Below are positions 8,963 through 19,396 of a stretch of DNA of 64,000 bases, piece after piece. A model generated the notes under the pieces. The model had not been told where the DNA came from and searched no databases. It saw only the letters and a program-made list of their open reading frames with translations. Each line of letters starts with the position of its first letter. Position 1 is the stretch's first letter. The DNA is from Gemmatimonadota bacterium (GTDB taxonomy: Bacteria > Gemmatimonadota > Gemmatimonadetes > Gemmatimonadales > Gemmatimonadaceae): NCBI GenBank assembly GCA_040389905.1, contig JAZJZK010000025.1, forward strand, positions 1-64,000, in the 5' to 3' direction. A program made the translations under genes and the position numbers.

Positions 8963-11900
8963 GTGACTCAACTCCCCCCGCGCTACGAGCCCATTGCACT
9001 CTCCGACGAGAGCACTGTCGTCGCCGAGTTCGAGCCGGGGGTTGTGCGTGAAAGCGCCTACGAGAGTGAGGCAGATCTCGAGCGTAAACTGATCGCTCTC
9101 CTCGAACTACAGGCCTACGAGCGCCTCCAGATTGTCAGCGAGGCCGCGCTGGTGGCCAACCTGCGCCGACAGATGGAGACGCTCAACAAGATCACTTTCT
9201 CCGATGCCGAGTGGGACCGATTCTACGCGCAGAAGATTGCCAGCAGCAACGACGGGATCATCGAGAAGACCGCACGGATACAGGAGGACCACATTCAGGT
9301 CCTCGCGCGCGACGACGGTACCGTCAAGAACATCTACCTCATCGACAAGCAGAACGTCCACAACAATGTTCTGCAAGTCATCAATCAGTATGAGGAAGAG
9401 GGAACACGCGCCACCCGATATGACGTAACGGTGTTGGTGAACGGCTTGCCGATGGTTCACGTCGAGCTCAAGCGCCGTGGTGTGGACATCCGCGAAGCAT
9501 TCAACCAGATCGACCGCTACCAGCGGGACAGTTTCTGGGCCGGCTCCGGGCTGTTCGAGTACGTCCAGCTATTCGTGATCAGCAACGGCACGCTCACCAA
9601 GTACTACAGCAACACCGTGCGCGATGGTCACCTCGCCGAGGTGCGTGGACGACGGGGACGCCGGCACACATCCAACAGTTATGCGTTCACATCGTGGTGG
9701 GCCGACGCAAGGAACCGCCCCATCACGGACTTGGCGCACTTCGGCAAGACGTTCTTCGCCCGGCACACGCTGCTGAATCTTCTCACGAAGTATTGCGTGT
9801 TCGACGTGGACCGGAAGCTGCTGGTCATGCGACCGTACCAGATTGCCGCCGCCGAGCGAATCCTTCAGCGCATCGCCACGGCCACGAATCACCGGCAACT
9901 CGGAAGCATCGAAGCTGGCGGCTACATCTGGCACACCACGGGTTCAGGGAAGACGCTCACGAGCTTCAAGACGGCGCAACTCGCACGCGCTCTCCCTGGC
10001 ATCGAAAAGGTGCTGTTCGTGGTGGACCGCAAGGATCTGGACTACCAGACCATGCGAGAGTACGAGCGCTTCGAGAAGGGCGCGGCGAACTCCAACACCT
10101 CGACCGCAGTTCTTCAGAAGCAGTTGGAGGAGCCGGACGCCCGCATCATCATCACGACGATCCAGAAGCTCAGCTTGTTCGTTGCGCGAAACCGCAAGCA
10201 CGCGGTCTACGGTCGCCACGTCGTCGTCATTTTCGACGAATGTCATCGCAGCCAGTTCGGCGACATGCACGTGGAGATCACCCGCGCGTTCGGCCGTTAC
10301 CATCTGTTCGGGTTCACTGGAACGCCGATCTTTGCAGACAATGCCGGGACGACGGGCTCCTCCCAACTGCGTACCACGGAGCAGGCATTCGGCGCTCGGC
10401 TGCACACCTACACCATCGTCGACGCAATCAACGACAAGAACGTGTTGCCGTTCCGCATCGACTACATCAATACGATCAAGGCGGCGCCAAACATTCGGGA
10501 CAAGAAGGTGTCCGCCATCGATACCGAGCGGGCGCTGGTCGCGCCGGAACGCATCGCGCAGGTGGTGGGCTACATCCGCGAGCATTTCGACCAGAAAACG
10601 AAGCGCAGCGCCACCTATAAGCATGACGGCAAGCGGCTGTCCGGCTTCAATTCGCTTTTCGCCACAGCGTCCATCGACTCAGCCAAGCGGTACTACGAAG
10701 AGTTCGGGCGGCAGCAGACCCATGTCCCGGCGGGGCGGCGTCTCACGGTTGGGTTGATCTACAGTTTCGCCGCCAACGAAGCATCCAGCGGCGGATTGCT
10801 CGACGAAGAGGAGTTCGAAGTCGACGGACTGGACCAGAGCTCGCGCGACTTCCTTGATGCCGCGATAAGGGACTACAACGCCCTCTTCGGCACCAGCTTT
10901 GATACGTCCGCGGACAAGTTTCAGAATTACTACAAGGACTTGTCGCTACGGTTGAAAAAGCGCGAGCTCGATTTGGTCATCGTGGTCAACATGTTCCTCA
11001 CGGGTTTCGACGCAACCACGCTCAACACACTGTGGGTCGACAAGAACCTCCGCGCGCACGGATTGATTCAGGCGTTCTCGCGCACCAATCGCATTCTCAA
11101 CTCGGTCAAGACGTACGGCAACATCGTCAGCTTTCGCGATCTCGAGCAAGCAACCAACGATGCGTTGTCGCTGTTCGGCAACAAGGACGCAAAGGGCATC
11201 GTGCTCCTCAAGCCCTATGCGGAGTACTACGCGGAGTACGTGAAACTTGTCGGCGAGCTCGCCGTCTTCCCTCCGGGGCAGACGATTGTTGGCGAACGTG
11301 CGCAGAAGGAGTTCATCAAGTTGTTCGGCGCCATCCTGCGGCTGCGGAACATTCTCACCGCGTTCGACGACTTTGCCGGAAACGAGGTCCTCAGTGCGCG
11401 CGACTTTCAGGACTACCAGAGCACCTACCTCAATCTGTACGCCGACTTTCGCAGCACCGTCGTCGCCGACAGGGAAGCCATCAATGACGATGTTGTCTTC
11501 GAGATCGAGCTGATCAAGCAGGTCGAGGTCAACGTCGACTATATCCTGATGCTCGTGGAGCAGTACCTGCGGGTGAAAGGAACGGGGAAGGACAAGGAAC
11601 TCCGCGCGACCATCGACCGGGCTGTTGCAGCCAGTCCTTCCTTGCGGAACAAGAAGGACCTCATCGAGCAGTTCGTGGATTCTGTTTCCGTCACCGCGAA
11701 GGTGGACGCCGCGTGGCTGGCGTTCATCACCAGGAGAAAGGCCGAAGAGCTGAACCAGATTGTCGCGGACGAGAATTTGGACGCCGCCGCGACGCTCACC
11801 TTTATCGAGAACGCCTTCCGCGACGGGGCAATCCCCACTACCGGCACCGCCATCACCAAGGTGCTGCCTCCGGTATCCAGGTTTTCGGCAGACGACGCCC

Positions 11901-11980
11901 ATTCCATTAAGAAACGGACCGTCCTCGAAAAGTTGAGCGCATTCTTCGAACGGTACTTCGGCCTGTCGACTGGATCTTGA
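8963..11980 (+). CDS. hsdR: Type I RM restriction subunit R
   Basis: YDVTVLVNGLP..VELK nuclease motif, QIDRY, HTTGSGKT, DECH, FTGTP, LTGFD, QAFSRTNR. Confidence 0.96.
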   Translation: MTQLPPRYEPIALSDESTVVAEFEPGVVRESAYESEADLERKLIALLELQAYERLQIVSEAALVANLRRQMETLNKITFSDAEWDRFYAQKIASSNDGIIEKTARIQEDHIQVLARDDGTVKNIYLIDKQNVHNNVLQVINQYEEEGTRATRYDVTVLVNGLPMVHVELKRRGVDIREAFNQIDRYQRDSFWAGSGLFEYVQLFVISNGTLTKYYSNTVRDGHLAEVRGRRGRRHTSNSYAFTSWWADARNRPITDLAHFGKTFFARHTLLNLLTKYCVFDVDRKLLVMRPYQIAAAERILQRIATATNHRQLGSIEAGGYIWHTTGSGKTLTSFKTAQLARALPGIEKVLFVVDRKDLDYQTMREYERFEKGAANSNTSTAVLQKQLEEPDARIIITTIQKLSLFVARNRKHAVYGRHVVVIFDECHRSQFGDMHVEITRAFGRYHLFGFTGTPIFADNAGTTGSSQLRTTEQAFGARLHTYTIVDAINDKNVLPFRIDYINTIKAAPNIRDKKVSAIDTERALVAPERIAQVVGYIREHFDQKTKRSATYKHDGKRLSGFNSLFATASIDSAKRYYEEFGRQQTHVPAGRRLTVGLIYSFAANEASSGGLLDEEEFEVDGLDQSSRDFLDAAIRDYNALFGTSFDTSADKFQNYYKDLSLRLKKRELDLVIVVNMFLTGFDATTLNTLWVDKNLRAHGLIQAFSRTNRILNSVKTYGNIVSFRDLEQATNDALSLFGNKDAKGIVLLKPYAEYYAEYVKLVGELAVFPPGQTIVGERAQKEFIKLFGAILRLRNILTAFDDFAGNEVLSARDFQDYQSTYLNLYADFRSTVVADREAINDDVVFEIELIKQVEVNVDYILMLVEQYLRVKGTGKDKELRATIDRAVAASPSLRNKKDLIEQFVDSVSVTAKVDAAWLAFITRRKAEELNQIVADENLDAAATLTFIENAFRDGAIPTTGTAITKVLPPVSRFSADDAHSIKKRTVLEKLSAFFERYFGLSTGS

Positions 11981-12119
11981 CTCGATGAGTGGCTCGCTTG
12001 ACCGCATGCCCCCCCTCAACCGCCGAAACACACACGCGTGAGATGACTGAAGAAATGCGATTGCTCCCGTGCAGAATCATCGGGATTCGCCGAGAGGCGC
12101 CACCTGACAACACGACTCG

Positions 12120-12587
12120 TCACGCAATCGGCAACGCGATCCTTCGCGACGTAGCCTTCTCGTGTTTGACGCGCTTGACCTCACGCAGCGCCTCTGACCC
12201 ACCAACGGTCCGCCACATCAGATACGCGAAGATGTACGCGCCCAGCGCCGAGAGCGCCCCACCGGCGGACAGCACGATGGTTCCCGTGTCAGGTCGCACG
12301 ACGCGCATCACGAATCCACAAACCATCAGCGTCAAGCCGCCATTCGCCAGCCACCAGTGCACGCCGGCCGCGCGCTTGTTGTGCAACGGGTAGCCGGCAA
12401 AGCGCGGAATAACGTGGTACGCCACACCGAAGATCATCATCCCGACGAATCCGAACAGCATGACGTGCAGATGTGCCGGCAGGTATACCGTCCACACCGG
12501 GTGCGCCGCCATCGCGATTCCGATCGTGACGCCAATGGCCAACCACGCCACGCTTGCCTTGAGAAACGCGCGAACGAACCACTCCAT
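12120..12587 (-). CDS. Small 4-TM protein resembling part of heme-copper oxidase subunit I
   Basis: Start MEWFVRAFLK; PAHLHVMLFGFVGMMIFGVAYHVIPRF motif; coupled to the upstream DUF542 gene. Confidence 0.7.
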   Translation of the reverse strand: MEWFVRAFLKASVAWLAIGVTIGIAMAAHPVWTVYLPAHLHVMLFGFVGMMIFGVAYHVIPRFAGYPLHNKRAAGVHWWLANGGLTLMVCGFVMRVVRPDTGTIVLSAGGALSALGAYIFAYLMWRTVGGSEALREVKRVKHEKATSRRIALPIA

Positions 12588-12859
12588 CAGCGGCACCCGC
12601 AAGAACACGACGGTGCGACGACGGGAAGCGGCAGCGCATCGCCGGCTTGCGCCGCTTGCAGCGCACCGACCACCAGTGCCGGATCCACGTGCGCATGCTG
12701 CGCCGCCGCGGCCAGTGACGCCTTGCCGCCGCAGCAGGTGTCGATATTGAACTCGTTCAGGATCGCGCGCGCCGCCGGCGTTTTCGACATGACGGCGTCC
12801 ACAGTGCAGTTCGCGGTAATGGTGGAGTCCGTGCAGGTGGAACAGCTCTCGGTGCTCAT
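12587..12859 (-). CDS. Standalone DUF542/ScdA_N domain protein (N-domain of Ric/YtfE), Cys-rich termini
   Basis: ILNEFNIDTCCGGKASL motif; ATG 12859 overlaps the upstream stop. Confidence 0.82.
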   Translation of the reverse strand: MSTESCSTCTDSTITANCTVDAVMSKTPAARAILNEFNIDTCCGGKASLAAAAQHAHVDPALVVGALQAAQAGDALPLPVVAPSCSCGCR

Positions 12860-14307
12860 GTCTCGCTCGTGGTGTGGTTGGTGAGAAACTGGATGACGTC
12901 CGCCGCGGAGTAGCTCGTGCGCCCTTGCGCAAATGCCTCGAGGTGCACGAGGTCGTCGCCGCTGGTGATCAGCGGCAACTCCACGCCTTCCTTCCGCTGC
13001 TGGCCCTGTCCGATGTTTGCTTCGAGTGCATTGCAGAGACAGCGGCGCCCGACGGTGTCCGCGATGTCGCCTCCCTTCGCGAAATACTGCTCGACGGGTT
13101 CCGCCGCGCAGCGGTAGCCGATCTTTCCGGTTGGCGTCCGGTACGCCGAACGCAGGTAACCCAGGTCGCAATTGCGCACGCGCGTGTCGTCTTGCTGCGT
13201 CAGGCCGTTCGCGACCACGACCTTGAACGGGTATCCCGTGGGAGAGGCACGGGAATCGGTGCGCACACCGACCGTACCAGTGCTCACGCCGCGCAACACA
13301 CTGTCTTTGAGTTCCGACGCGAGGCCGGACTCGTCGCAGTACGCGAAGAGCGTTCCGACTTGAATGCCCGCTGCGCCGAGTGAGCGCGCCGCCGCGAGTC
13401 CGTCGCGCGTTCCGGTTCCGCCGGCGAGCCAGAATGGGAGACCCAGCTCGCGGATCTTTTCCATGTTCACGATATCGCGCTCGCCATACAGTGGTTCGCC
13501 CGTCTCCGAGAAGCGCGGCTCTCCCCGCGGTGGCGCGTTGTGTCCACCCGCAGTCGGGCCCTCCACGACGAACCCCTCAACGCTCCCCGATGCCTTTCGC
13601 GCGAGTGACGTCGCCAGAGAATTCGCCGAAACGATGGGAATGAAGTTGGGACGACGAAGCGCCGGCATTGCGGCACGCAAATGATCGGCCGGCTTCAGCT
13701 CGAGCTCGACCGGCGCTCCTGGCGTTGACTCCGCGATGTCGAGTCGCAATCGAGCGGTCTTGTGCTCGGACAACGCGTCGAGCACGCCGGGAATCTCGCG
13801 CGGTATTCCTGCACCCATGAGCACGTAATCCACCCCCGCGAGCATCGCCCCATAGAGCGATGCGAGGTTGGGCATCTGTACTTTCGTGAGCAGGTTGATG
13901 CCGACGACGCCGTCGTGTCCCTCCTTGGCGAGCCAGACCTCGACGAAGTTGGCCATCATCGTGATCTGGTCACGCAACAGGGTCACGGAATGGCGGTACA
14001 TCGGCAGCGCCTTGTATGGCGCATTGGGTTCGCGGCCTCCGTCCCGGAAGTACCGCTCCTCGAGATGCCGCCTCAATCCCGGAATGGGAAAATGTTCCAT
14101 CGCACGTCGCACGTGACCACCGGCGTCTCCGTCTTGCAGACGCCTGATGAACACCGTGTCCACGGCAGTTCCCGAAACGACGCCGAGATGCCCCAGTCGT
14201 GAAACGGCACGTGCCAACGTCCAGTTGGAGACGCCGATACCCATGCCACCCTGGATGATGCGCGGCGGCTCGATCCCGATGGTCGAGCGCGGTTGTTCAA
14301 CGGGCAT
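12856..14307 (-). CDS. Nitronate monooxygenase/FabK-family FMN flavoprotein with C-terminal Cys cluster
   Basis: IIQGGMGIGVS, VEGPTAGGH, GIQVGTLF, SPTGYPF; CDLGYLR, CAAEP, CLCNAL. Confidence 0.85.
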   Translation of the reverse strand: MPVEQPRSTIGIEPPRIIQGGMGIGVSNWTLARAVSRLGHLGVVSGTAVDTVFIRRLQDGDAGGHVRRAMEHFPIPGLRRHLEERYFRDGGREPNAPYKALPMYRHSVTLLRDQITMMANFVEVWLAKEGHDGVVGINLLTKVQMPNLASLYGAMLAGVDYVLMGAGIPREIPGVLDALSEHKTARLRLDIAESTPGAPVELELKPADHLRAAMPALRRPNFIPIVSANSLATSLARKASGSVEGFVVEGPTAGGHNAPPRGEPRFSETGEPLYGERDIVNMEKIRELGLPFWLAGGTGTRDGLAAARSLGAAGIQVGTLFAYCDESGLASELKDSVLRGVSTGTVGVRTDSRASPTGYPFKVVVANGLTQQDDTRVRNCDLGYLRSAYRTPTGKIGYRCAAEPVEQYFAKGGDIADTVGRRCLCNALEANIGQGQQRKEGVELPLITSGDDLVHLEAFAQGRTSYSAADVIQFLTNHTTSET

Positions 14308-14506
14308 GATTCGTGGGTTCCGTTTGATTCGATTCGCTGGGCGATACGCTGGCGCGACGCGGAACGTCTGCCCACAGGAACACGAAACCCAACGCCAGCC
14401 AGAGCGCCGCGATCACCCACGTGCGCAGGCGGATTGCGGTGATCAATGACATGCCGAAGAACAGGATGAACACGGCGGCGTTTGCGCCGAGCGTAGGCAG
14501 ACGCAT
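14297..14506 (-). CDS. Small two-TM hypothetical protein
   Basis: Two hydrophobic segments; GGGAGA RBS-like motif upstream; overlaps the NMO start. Confidence 0.6.
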   Translation of the reverse strand: MRLPTLGANAAVFILFFGMSLITAIRLRTWVIAALWLALGFVFLWADVPRRASVSPSESNQTEPTNHAR

Positions 14507-14670
14507 GGCTTCTCCCGGTCAGGATTCGTGTGGTGCAGCGCTTACGGAGAGAAAGCTGCGGGTCCGCGAATGCGAATTCCGTCGGGAGAACTCTGGACGT
14601 TCAGTGGGGAGCTCACGTAGGGCATTCCAGTACATGCCCAGCACCGCTGTGCCAACGGCCGTGCAACGGC

Positions 14671-16119
14671 CTAATCGTGTGCCAGCACCGACCGTTCGCT
14701 GTCCGTCCCCAATGGCGATGCAGGATCGTCGCCCTGCTGGCGCATCGATGACACGCCGAAGTACTCGAGTAGCGGCGTCGTCATGAAGGTGGTCACCAAT
14801 GCCATCAGCACCATCATGGTAAAAAGCGTTCGCGAGATCACGCCCAGGTCGAGCCCAACGTTCAGGATGACGAGTTCCATCAGACCACGCGTGTTCATCA
14901 GCGCGCCCACCATCCATGCTTGCTGCCACGAGAGCCCCGTCACTCGCGCAGCGATGGCTGATCCACCGAACTTCCCTGCAATCGCGGTTCCGATCACGAG
15001 GAGGCACACCAGCCAGCTTCCTGCGCCGGCCAGAAGACCAATGTTCATGCGCAATCCAGTGTACGCGAAAAAGAGCGGCAGCAGGAGCGTTACCATCACG
15101 TCCTCGAAACGACGCACCACACCCTTCACGAAGACGGGATCCTTGGGCATGGCCGTACCGGCAAGAAAGGCACCGAAGAGTGCGTGAACACCAAGGCGTT
15201 CCGTAGTCCACGCGCATGCGAGAACGACCGCCAGAACCATTGCGATCAGGTCCTGGAAGGACAGCGTGCCGCGGGATGTGAACCGATTGTACAGCCAGCC
15301 AAGCGCCGGTTTCATGACCCCGAGCACGAACGCCGCGAACAGCATCGCGCCGCCAATCGTTGCCCACAATGGCATGGTTGCGCTTCCCGCACGCGCGATG
15401 GCGACGACGACGGCAAGCATACACCACGCGGTGACATCGTCCACAGCCGCGCAGGCAATGACGACACTGCCGAGATGCGTCTTGTGCAGTTGTTTCTCGG
15501 ACAGAATGCGCGCCAACACGGGGAATGCGGTTACGCTCATTGCCGCACCCAGAAACAGGGCGAACGCGATGAAGCTCGCTCCGCCGTCGGACAATCGGGG
15601 GTAGAGAAAGAGCGCGAGCGACGTTCCGAGGAAGATCGGCGCCGCGATGCTGGTGTGACTGGTGAGCAAGGCAGTCTCGCCGCGTCCGCGCAGCAACTTT
15701 GGGTCGAGCTCCAGACCGACGAGAAACATGAAGAGCAGCAGACCGATCTGACTCAACGCGTTGAGAAATCGGAGCGAGCCCGTGGGGAACAGGATGTCGT
15801 AAACGCCCGGCGCGATCGTGCCCAGGAATGACTGGCCAAGCAGAATCCCAGCGAGCATCTCGCCGATAACCTGCGGTTGCTTGAAGCGACGCAAGAGTGC
15901 GCCGACCGCCCGCGATGCGACAACGATAATGAGCACCTGCAGTAGCAGTACCGAGAGCTTGAGGTTCGCCTGCGCCAAGGGCGGAACCGCGGTCGGGGCA
16001 ATCCGGAGCGCTGCCGAGGATTGCATGTCCGAGCCATACCGCAGGACGGCGACGGTGCCCGCTAACGGCACGAACACGAGCAACAGGTACGAAAACACCA
16101 TTCGGAGGCGCATCGGCAC
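14671..16119 (-). CDS. CPA2-family cation:proton antiporter
   Basis: QPQVIGEMLAGILLG, TAFPVLARIL, AAVDDV, MNTRGLMEL. Confidence 0.92.
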   Translation of the reverse strand: MPMRLRMVFSYLLLVFVPLAGTVAVLRYGSDMQSSAALRIAPTAVPPLAQANLKLSVLLLQVLIIVVASRAVGALLRRFKQPQVIGEMLAGILLGQSFLGTIAPGVYDILFPTGSLRFLNALSQIGLLLFMFLVGLELDPKLLRGRGETALLTSHTSIAAPIFLGTSLALFLYPRLSDGGASFIAFALFLGAAMSVTAFPVLARILSEKQLHKTHLGSVVIACAAVDDVTAWCMLAVVVAIARAGSATMPLWATIGGAMLFAAFVLGVMKPALGWLYNRFTSRGTLSFQDLIAMVLAVVLACAWTTERLGVHALFGAFLAGTAMPKDPVFVKGVVRRFEDVMVTLLLPLFFAYTGLRMNIGLLAGAGSWLVCLLVIGTAIAGKFGGSAIAARVTGLSWQQAWMVGALMNTRGLMELVILNVGLDLGVISRTLFTMMVLMALVTTFMTTPLLEYFGVSSMRQQGDDPASPLGTDSERSVLAHD

Positions 16120-16420
16120 GGGCGTTGTCGTGGAAACGGTGGCGGCGAATTCTCGAAGCTAGCGCTCACCAGCGCGGGTGCAAGGACTCACGGTACGGGT
16201 TGAGACGGGCCACTGCACTGCGCAGACCCTCGACGCTGCTCGGGATGACATTCGCCGCGAGGTGCACCGCCGTGGTGCGTCGGGGGAAGTCAGGACACAA
16301 GGTGGGGAGCGCACGCTGGGGATTTCAGCACGTTCCCTACATCGCACCAGTCGACGTGCGCCGAGCTTTCGGAGAACGCGGAAGTCTCCGTGTCGCCATC
16401 GCACATCTGCTCAGGCCACC

Positions 16421-17188
16421 ATGGACAGGTCCCGCCCAATCCGAATACCTCGCGCACTGCTCTGCATGGCGCTCGCGCCGACGGTCCTCGCGTTGTGCGA
16501 CGCCACCCCGGTTCCCTTCCTCTGCGGGGAGCGGCTCGTGTACTCGGCGCATGCGGGGCCTGGGCTCAACGGCCGCGCTGAGATGTGGGTGGACGGGCCC
16601 GTCGATTTCAAGGGCACATCGGTCATGGTCCTGCACTCCGTGATCACCGGCGGCGTGGGGCCCTTCAAGCTGTCGGACAAGACAACGTCATGGTTCGACC
16701 CGGAGCGCATGGCCTCGCTGCGCTTCCTGAAGGAGGAGCGCCATCCGATGGGTCGGCACAATGAAGACGTCGAGATGGACGCGGCCACCTTGACGTGGCG
16801 CGCGGTGGATGGTCGCACCGGTACGAGCCCCTCGGCGCAGCCACTCGATGAGCTGTCCTTCATATATGCGCTGCGCTCGATGAACATCCCCGACGATTCG
16901 ACGGTGGTGCTCAACCGGCACTTCGACGCCGAGCGCAATCCGACGAAACTCCGCTCGCTCGGCCGCGGCTCGGTGAAGACCGACGAAGGCACCTATGCCA
17001 CGCGCGACGTTGAAATGCGCGTCCGCGACGCGCGGCGGTATCGGGGCGAGGGCACGATCAAGATCTCGTTCAGCGACGACGCGTGCCGCCGGCCCATTCG
17101 CATTGAAAGCAAGATCCCCAACGCGGGCACCGTCGTCATGACGCTGACCTCGGCCGAGCCGGCGACGACCGGCTGCGCGCCGCGCTGA
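16421..17188 (+). CDS. DUF3108-like exported protein
   Basis: Signal-like N-terminus; PFLCGERLVYS, PLDELSFIYALR, DDACRRPIRIES. Start uncertain. Confidence 0.7.
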   Translation: MDRSRPIRIPRALLCMALAPTVLALCDATPVPFLCGERLVYSAHAGPGLNGRAEMWVDGPVDFKGTSVMVLHSVITGGVGPFKLSDKTTSWFDPERMASLRFLKEERHPMGRHNEDVEMDAATLTWRAVDGRTGTSPSAQPLDELSFIYALRSMNIPDDSTVVLNRHFDAERNPTKLRSLGRGSVKTDEGTYATRDVEMRVRDARRYRGEGTIKISFSDDACRRPIRIESKIPNAGTVVMTLTSAEPATTGCAPR

Positions 17189-17328
17189 CCTGTCGGGAAG
17201 TTTCCTACCGAATGGTGGGAGAAGGCACAAAAAGGTTCCGCGTTTCGCCCGACGGTTGGTAAACCCTTGAAATCCGATCTTCTTGACACGACGCGGCGAC
17301 CGCGTCCTCAAATCCTCAGGAGATTCCA

Positions 17329-17925
17329 ATGCGCCACCCGATTCGTTCCGCCGCCCTCAGCCTCGCGCTCTGCATCCCGCTCGCCGGTTGGGGACGCGCC
17401 CCTGAGCAACTGTCACTTCAGACGGAGAGCAAGCTGTGGGTCGAAGGCGGCTCGACGATCAAGTCGTGGAGCTGCAAGGCCGGCGTCGTGGATGCAATTG
17501 TCGAAGCGTCGACGGCCAACGCCGTCGTACAACTTCTCGGCGGCGACAAGGCCGTCAAGACCGTGGACGTGACCGTGCCGAGCGAGAAGCTCGATTGCGG
17601 CAACGGCACGATGAACGATCACATGAAGAAGGCACTCAAGGTCGGCGACTTCCCGAGCGTCGCGTTCCACGTCTCGACCTACGACGTCGCAAAGAGCAGC
17701 GAAGGGATCGCCGGCACGCTGACCGGAACGCTGACCCTCGGCGGCGTGAAGAAGACCATCTCCATCCCTGCCACGGCGACCGACGCAAACGGCGCGCTGC
17801 ACGTGGTCGGTAGCTACGAACTCAACATGAAGGATTACGACCTGACGCCGCCCTCCCTGATGTTCGGACGCATCAAGGTGCGCGAGTTGGTGAATGTGAA
17901 GTTCGACCTGTTCCTCAAGAGCTGA
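17329..17925 (+). CDS. YceI-family periplasmic lipid/quinone-binding protein
   Basis: AGGAG RBS; signal peptide; SKLWVEGGSTIKSW, GTLTLGGV, MKDYDLTPP, VKFDL. Confidence 0.88.
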   Translation: MRHPIRSAALSLALCIPLAGWGRAPEQLSLQTESKLWVEGGSTIKSWSCKAGVVDAIVEASTANAVVQLLGGDKAVKTVDVTVPSEKLDCGNGTMNDHMKKALKVGDFPSVAFHVSTYDVAKSSEGIAGTLTGTLTLGGVKKTISIPATATDANGALHVVGSYELNMKDYDLTPPSLMFGRIKVRELVNVKFDLFLKS

Positions 17926-17973
17926 CCCGTCGCTCTCAGACTCACTCATTCATTCCCTCAACGGACTACGACA

Positions 17974-19383
17974 ATGACCCCGCTCCGCCTCTTTACCGCG
18001 CTCGCGGCAGCAACACTCGCCGCCGCTCCGCTCGCTGCGCAGACCACCGTCGCCTCGAGCCGCAGTCGCTCCGCCTCCGAAGCCGCCAACGTGAAAGCGT
18101 CGGTCAGTGAGGATTCACTGATCGCCATCAAGAAGGCGAAGGCGAACAAGTTCCTCTATCGCCAGCTGGAGCTGCAGAACATCCGTCCGGCCGACCAGCG
18201 CGGGAACAATGTTTTCGAGACGCCCAAGGAAGACAACGTGCCCTTCGACGGCATGAAGCTCTCCTGGGGTGGCGCGTTCATGCAGGAATTCCAGGGCCTC
18301 GGCCATAGCAATACCGCATCGCCCGTCATGGTCAACGGCGTCAACGCCAATCAGCTCATCATCATCGGACACGGCTTCAACAACGCGGTCGCGAACCTCG
18401 ACCTCGGCGTACAGCTGGCTCCCGGAATCCGCCTCGCCGTGACGACCTACGCCTCGGCGCGCCACCACCAGGAGACGTGGGTGAAGGACGGCTACATCCA
18501 GATGGATGCGTCGCCGATCGACAACGAATACCTCAACTCGCTGTTCAAGTACATCACGGTGCGCGCTGGACACTTTGAACTCGATTACGGCGACCAGCAC
18601 TACCGCCGCAGCGACAACGGCAACGCGATCCACAACCCGTTCGTTGGCAACCTGCTGATGGATGCGTTCACGACCGAGATCGGCGCCGAAGTGTACGCTC
18701 GCAAGGGAAGCTTCCTCGCGATGGGTGGCCTTACCGCCGGCGAAATCCATGGTCAGCTGACGGCGGCAGATCGTCGCTCGCCTGCATTCCTTGGCAAGAT
18801 TGGCTTCGACAAGAAGCTCGACTCGCTCCTTCGCTTCCGCCTCACCGGCTCGGTCTTCCGCCAGGCGCATGCAGCAAGCCAGACGCTGTTCACGGGTGAC
18901 CGTGGTGGCTCGCACTACTACGACGTGCTCGAGAACTCGGCATCGACCGAAGTGGCGCAGGCATGGTCGGGGAACGTTCGCCCCGGACAGAGCGACAACC
19001 TGACGGCGCTCGTGCTCAACCCGTTCGTCAAGATCGGCGGCCTCGAGTTCTTCGGCAACATCGAAACCGTCACCGGCAAGGCGTACACCGAGCTCGGCAA
19101 CCGCACGTGGAACCAGTACGACGCTGACCTGCTCTATCGCTTCGGACCGCGCGAACAGCTGTACGTCGGCGGGCGGTACAACGTCGCCAACGGTGCGCTG
19201 GTCGGTGTCGCGAACAGTGTCTCGGTCGATCGCACGGCCTACGCGCTGGGTTGGTTCGTCACGCCGGCGCTGCTCACGAAGATCGAATACGTCACCCAGA
19301 AGTACAACGACTTCCCGCTGACCGACATCCGCAATGGCGGCAAGTTCAACGGCTTCATGATCCAGGGCGCCGTCGCCTTCTGA
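17974..19383 (+). CDS. Predicted outer-membrane beta-barrel protein
   Basis: Signal peptide; alternating aromatic beta-strands; ends MIQGAVAF with a terminal Phe. Confidence 0.72.
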   Translation: MTPLRLFTALAAATLAAAPLAAQTTVASSRSRSASEAANVKASVSEDSLIAIKKAKANKFLYRQLELQNIRPADQRGNNVFETPKEDNVPFDGMKLSWGGAFMQEFQGLGHSNTASPVMVNGVNANQLIIIGHGFNNAVANLDLGVQLAPGIRLAVTTYASARHHQETWVKDGYIQMDASPIDNEYLNSLFKYITVRAGHFELDYGDQHYRRSDNGNAIHNPFVGNLLMDAFTTEIGAEVYARKGSFLAMGGLTAGEIHGQLTAADRRSPAFLGKIGFDKKLDSLLRFRLTGSVFRQAHAASQTLFTGDRGGSHYYDVLENSASTEVAQAWSGNVRPGQSDNLTALVLNPFVKIGGLEFFGNIETVTGKAYTELGNRTWNQYDADLLYRFGPREQLYVGGRYNVANGALVGVANSVSVDRTAYALGWFVTPALLTKIEYVTQKYNDFPLTDIRNGGKFNGFMIQGAVAF

Positions 19384-19396
19384 TCGGAGAATCGAA

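Noticed and set aside
12120..12587. Pseudogene of cbb3 oxidase or NO reductase
   Set aside because: Clean coupled start and stop, and no adjacent remnants of the rest of a large subunit.
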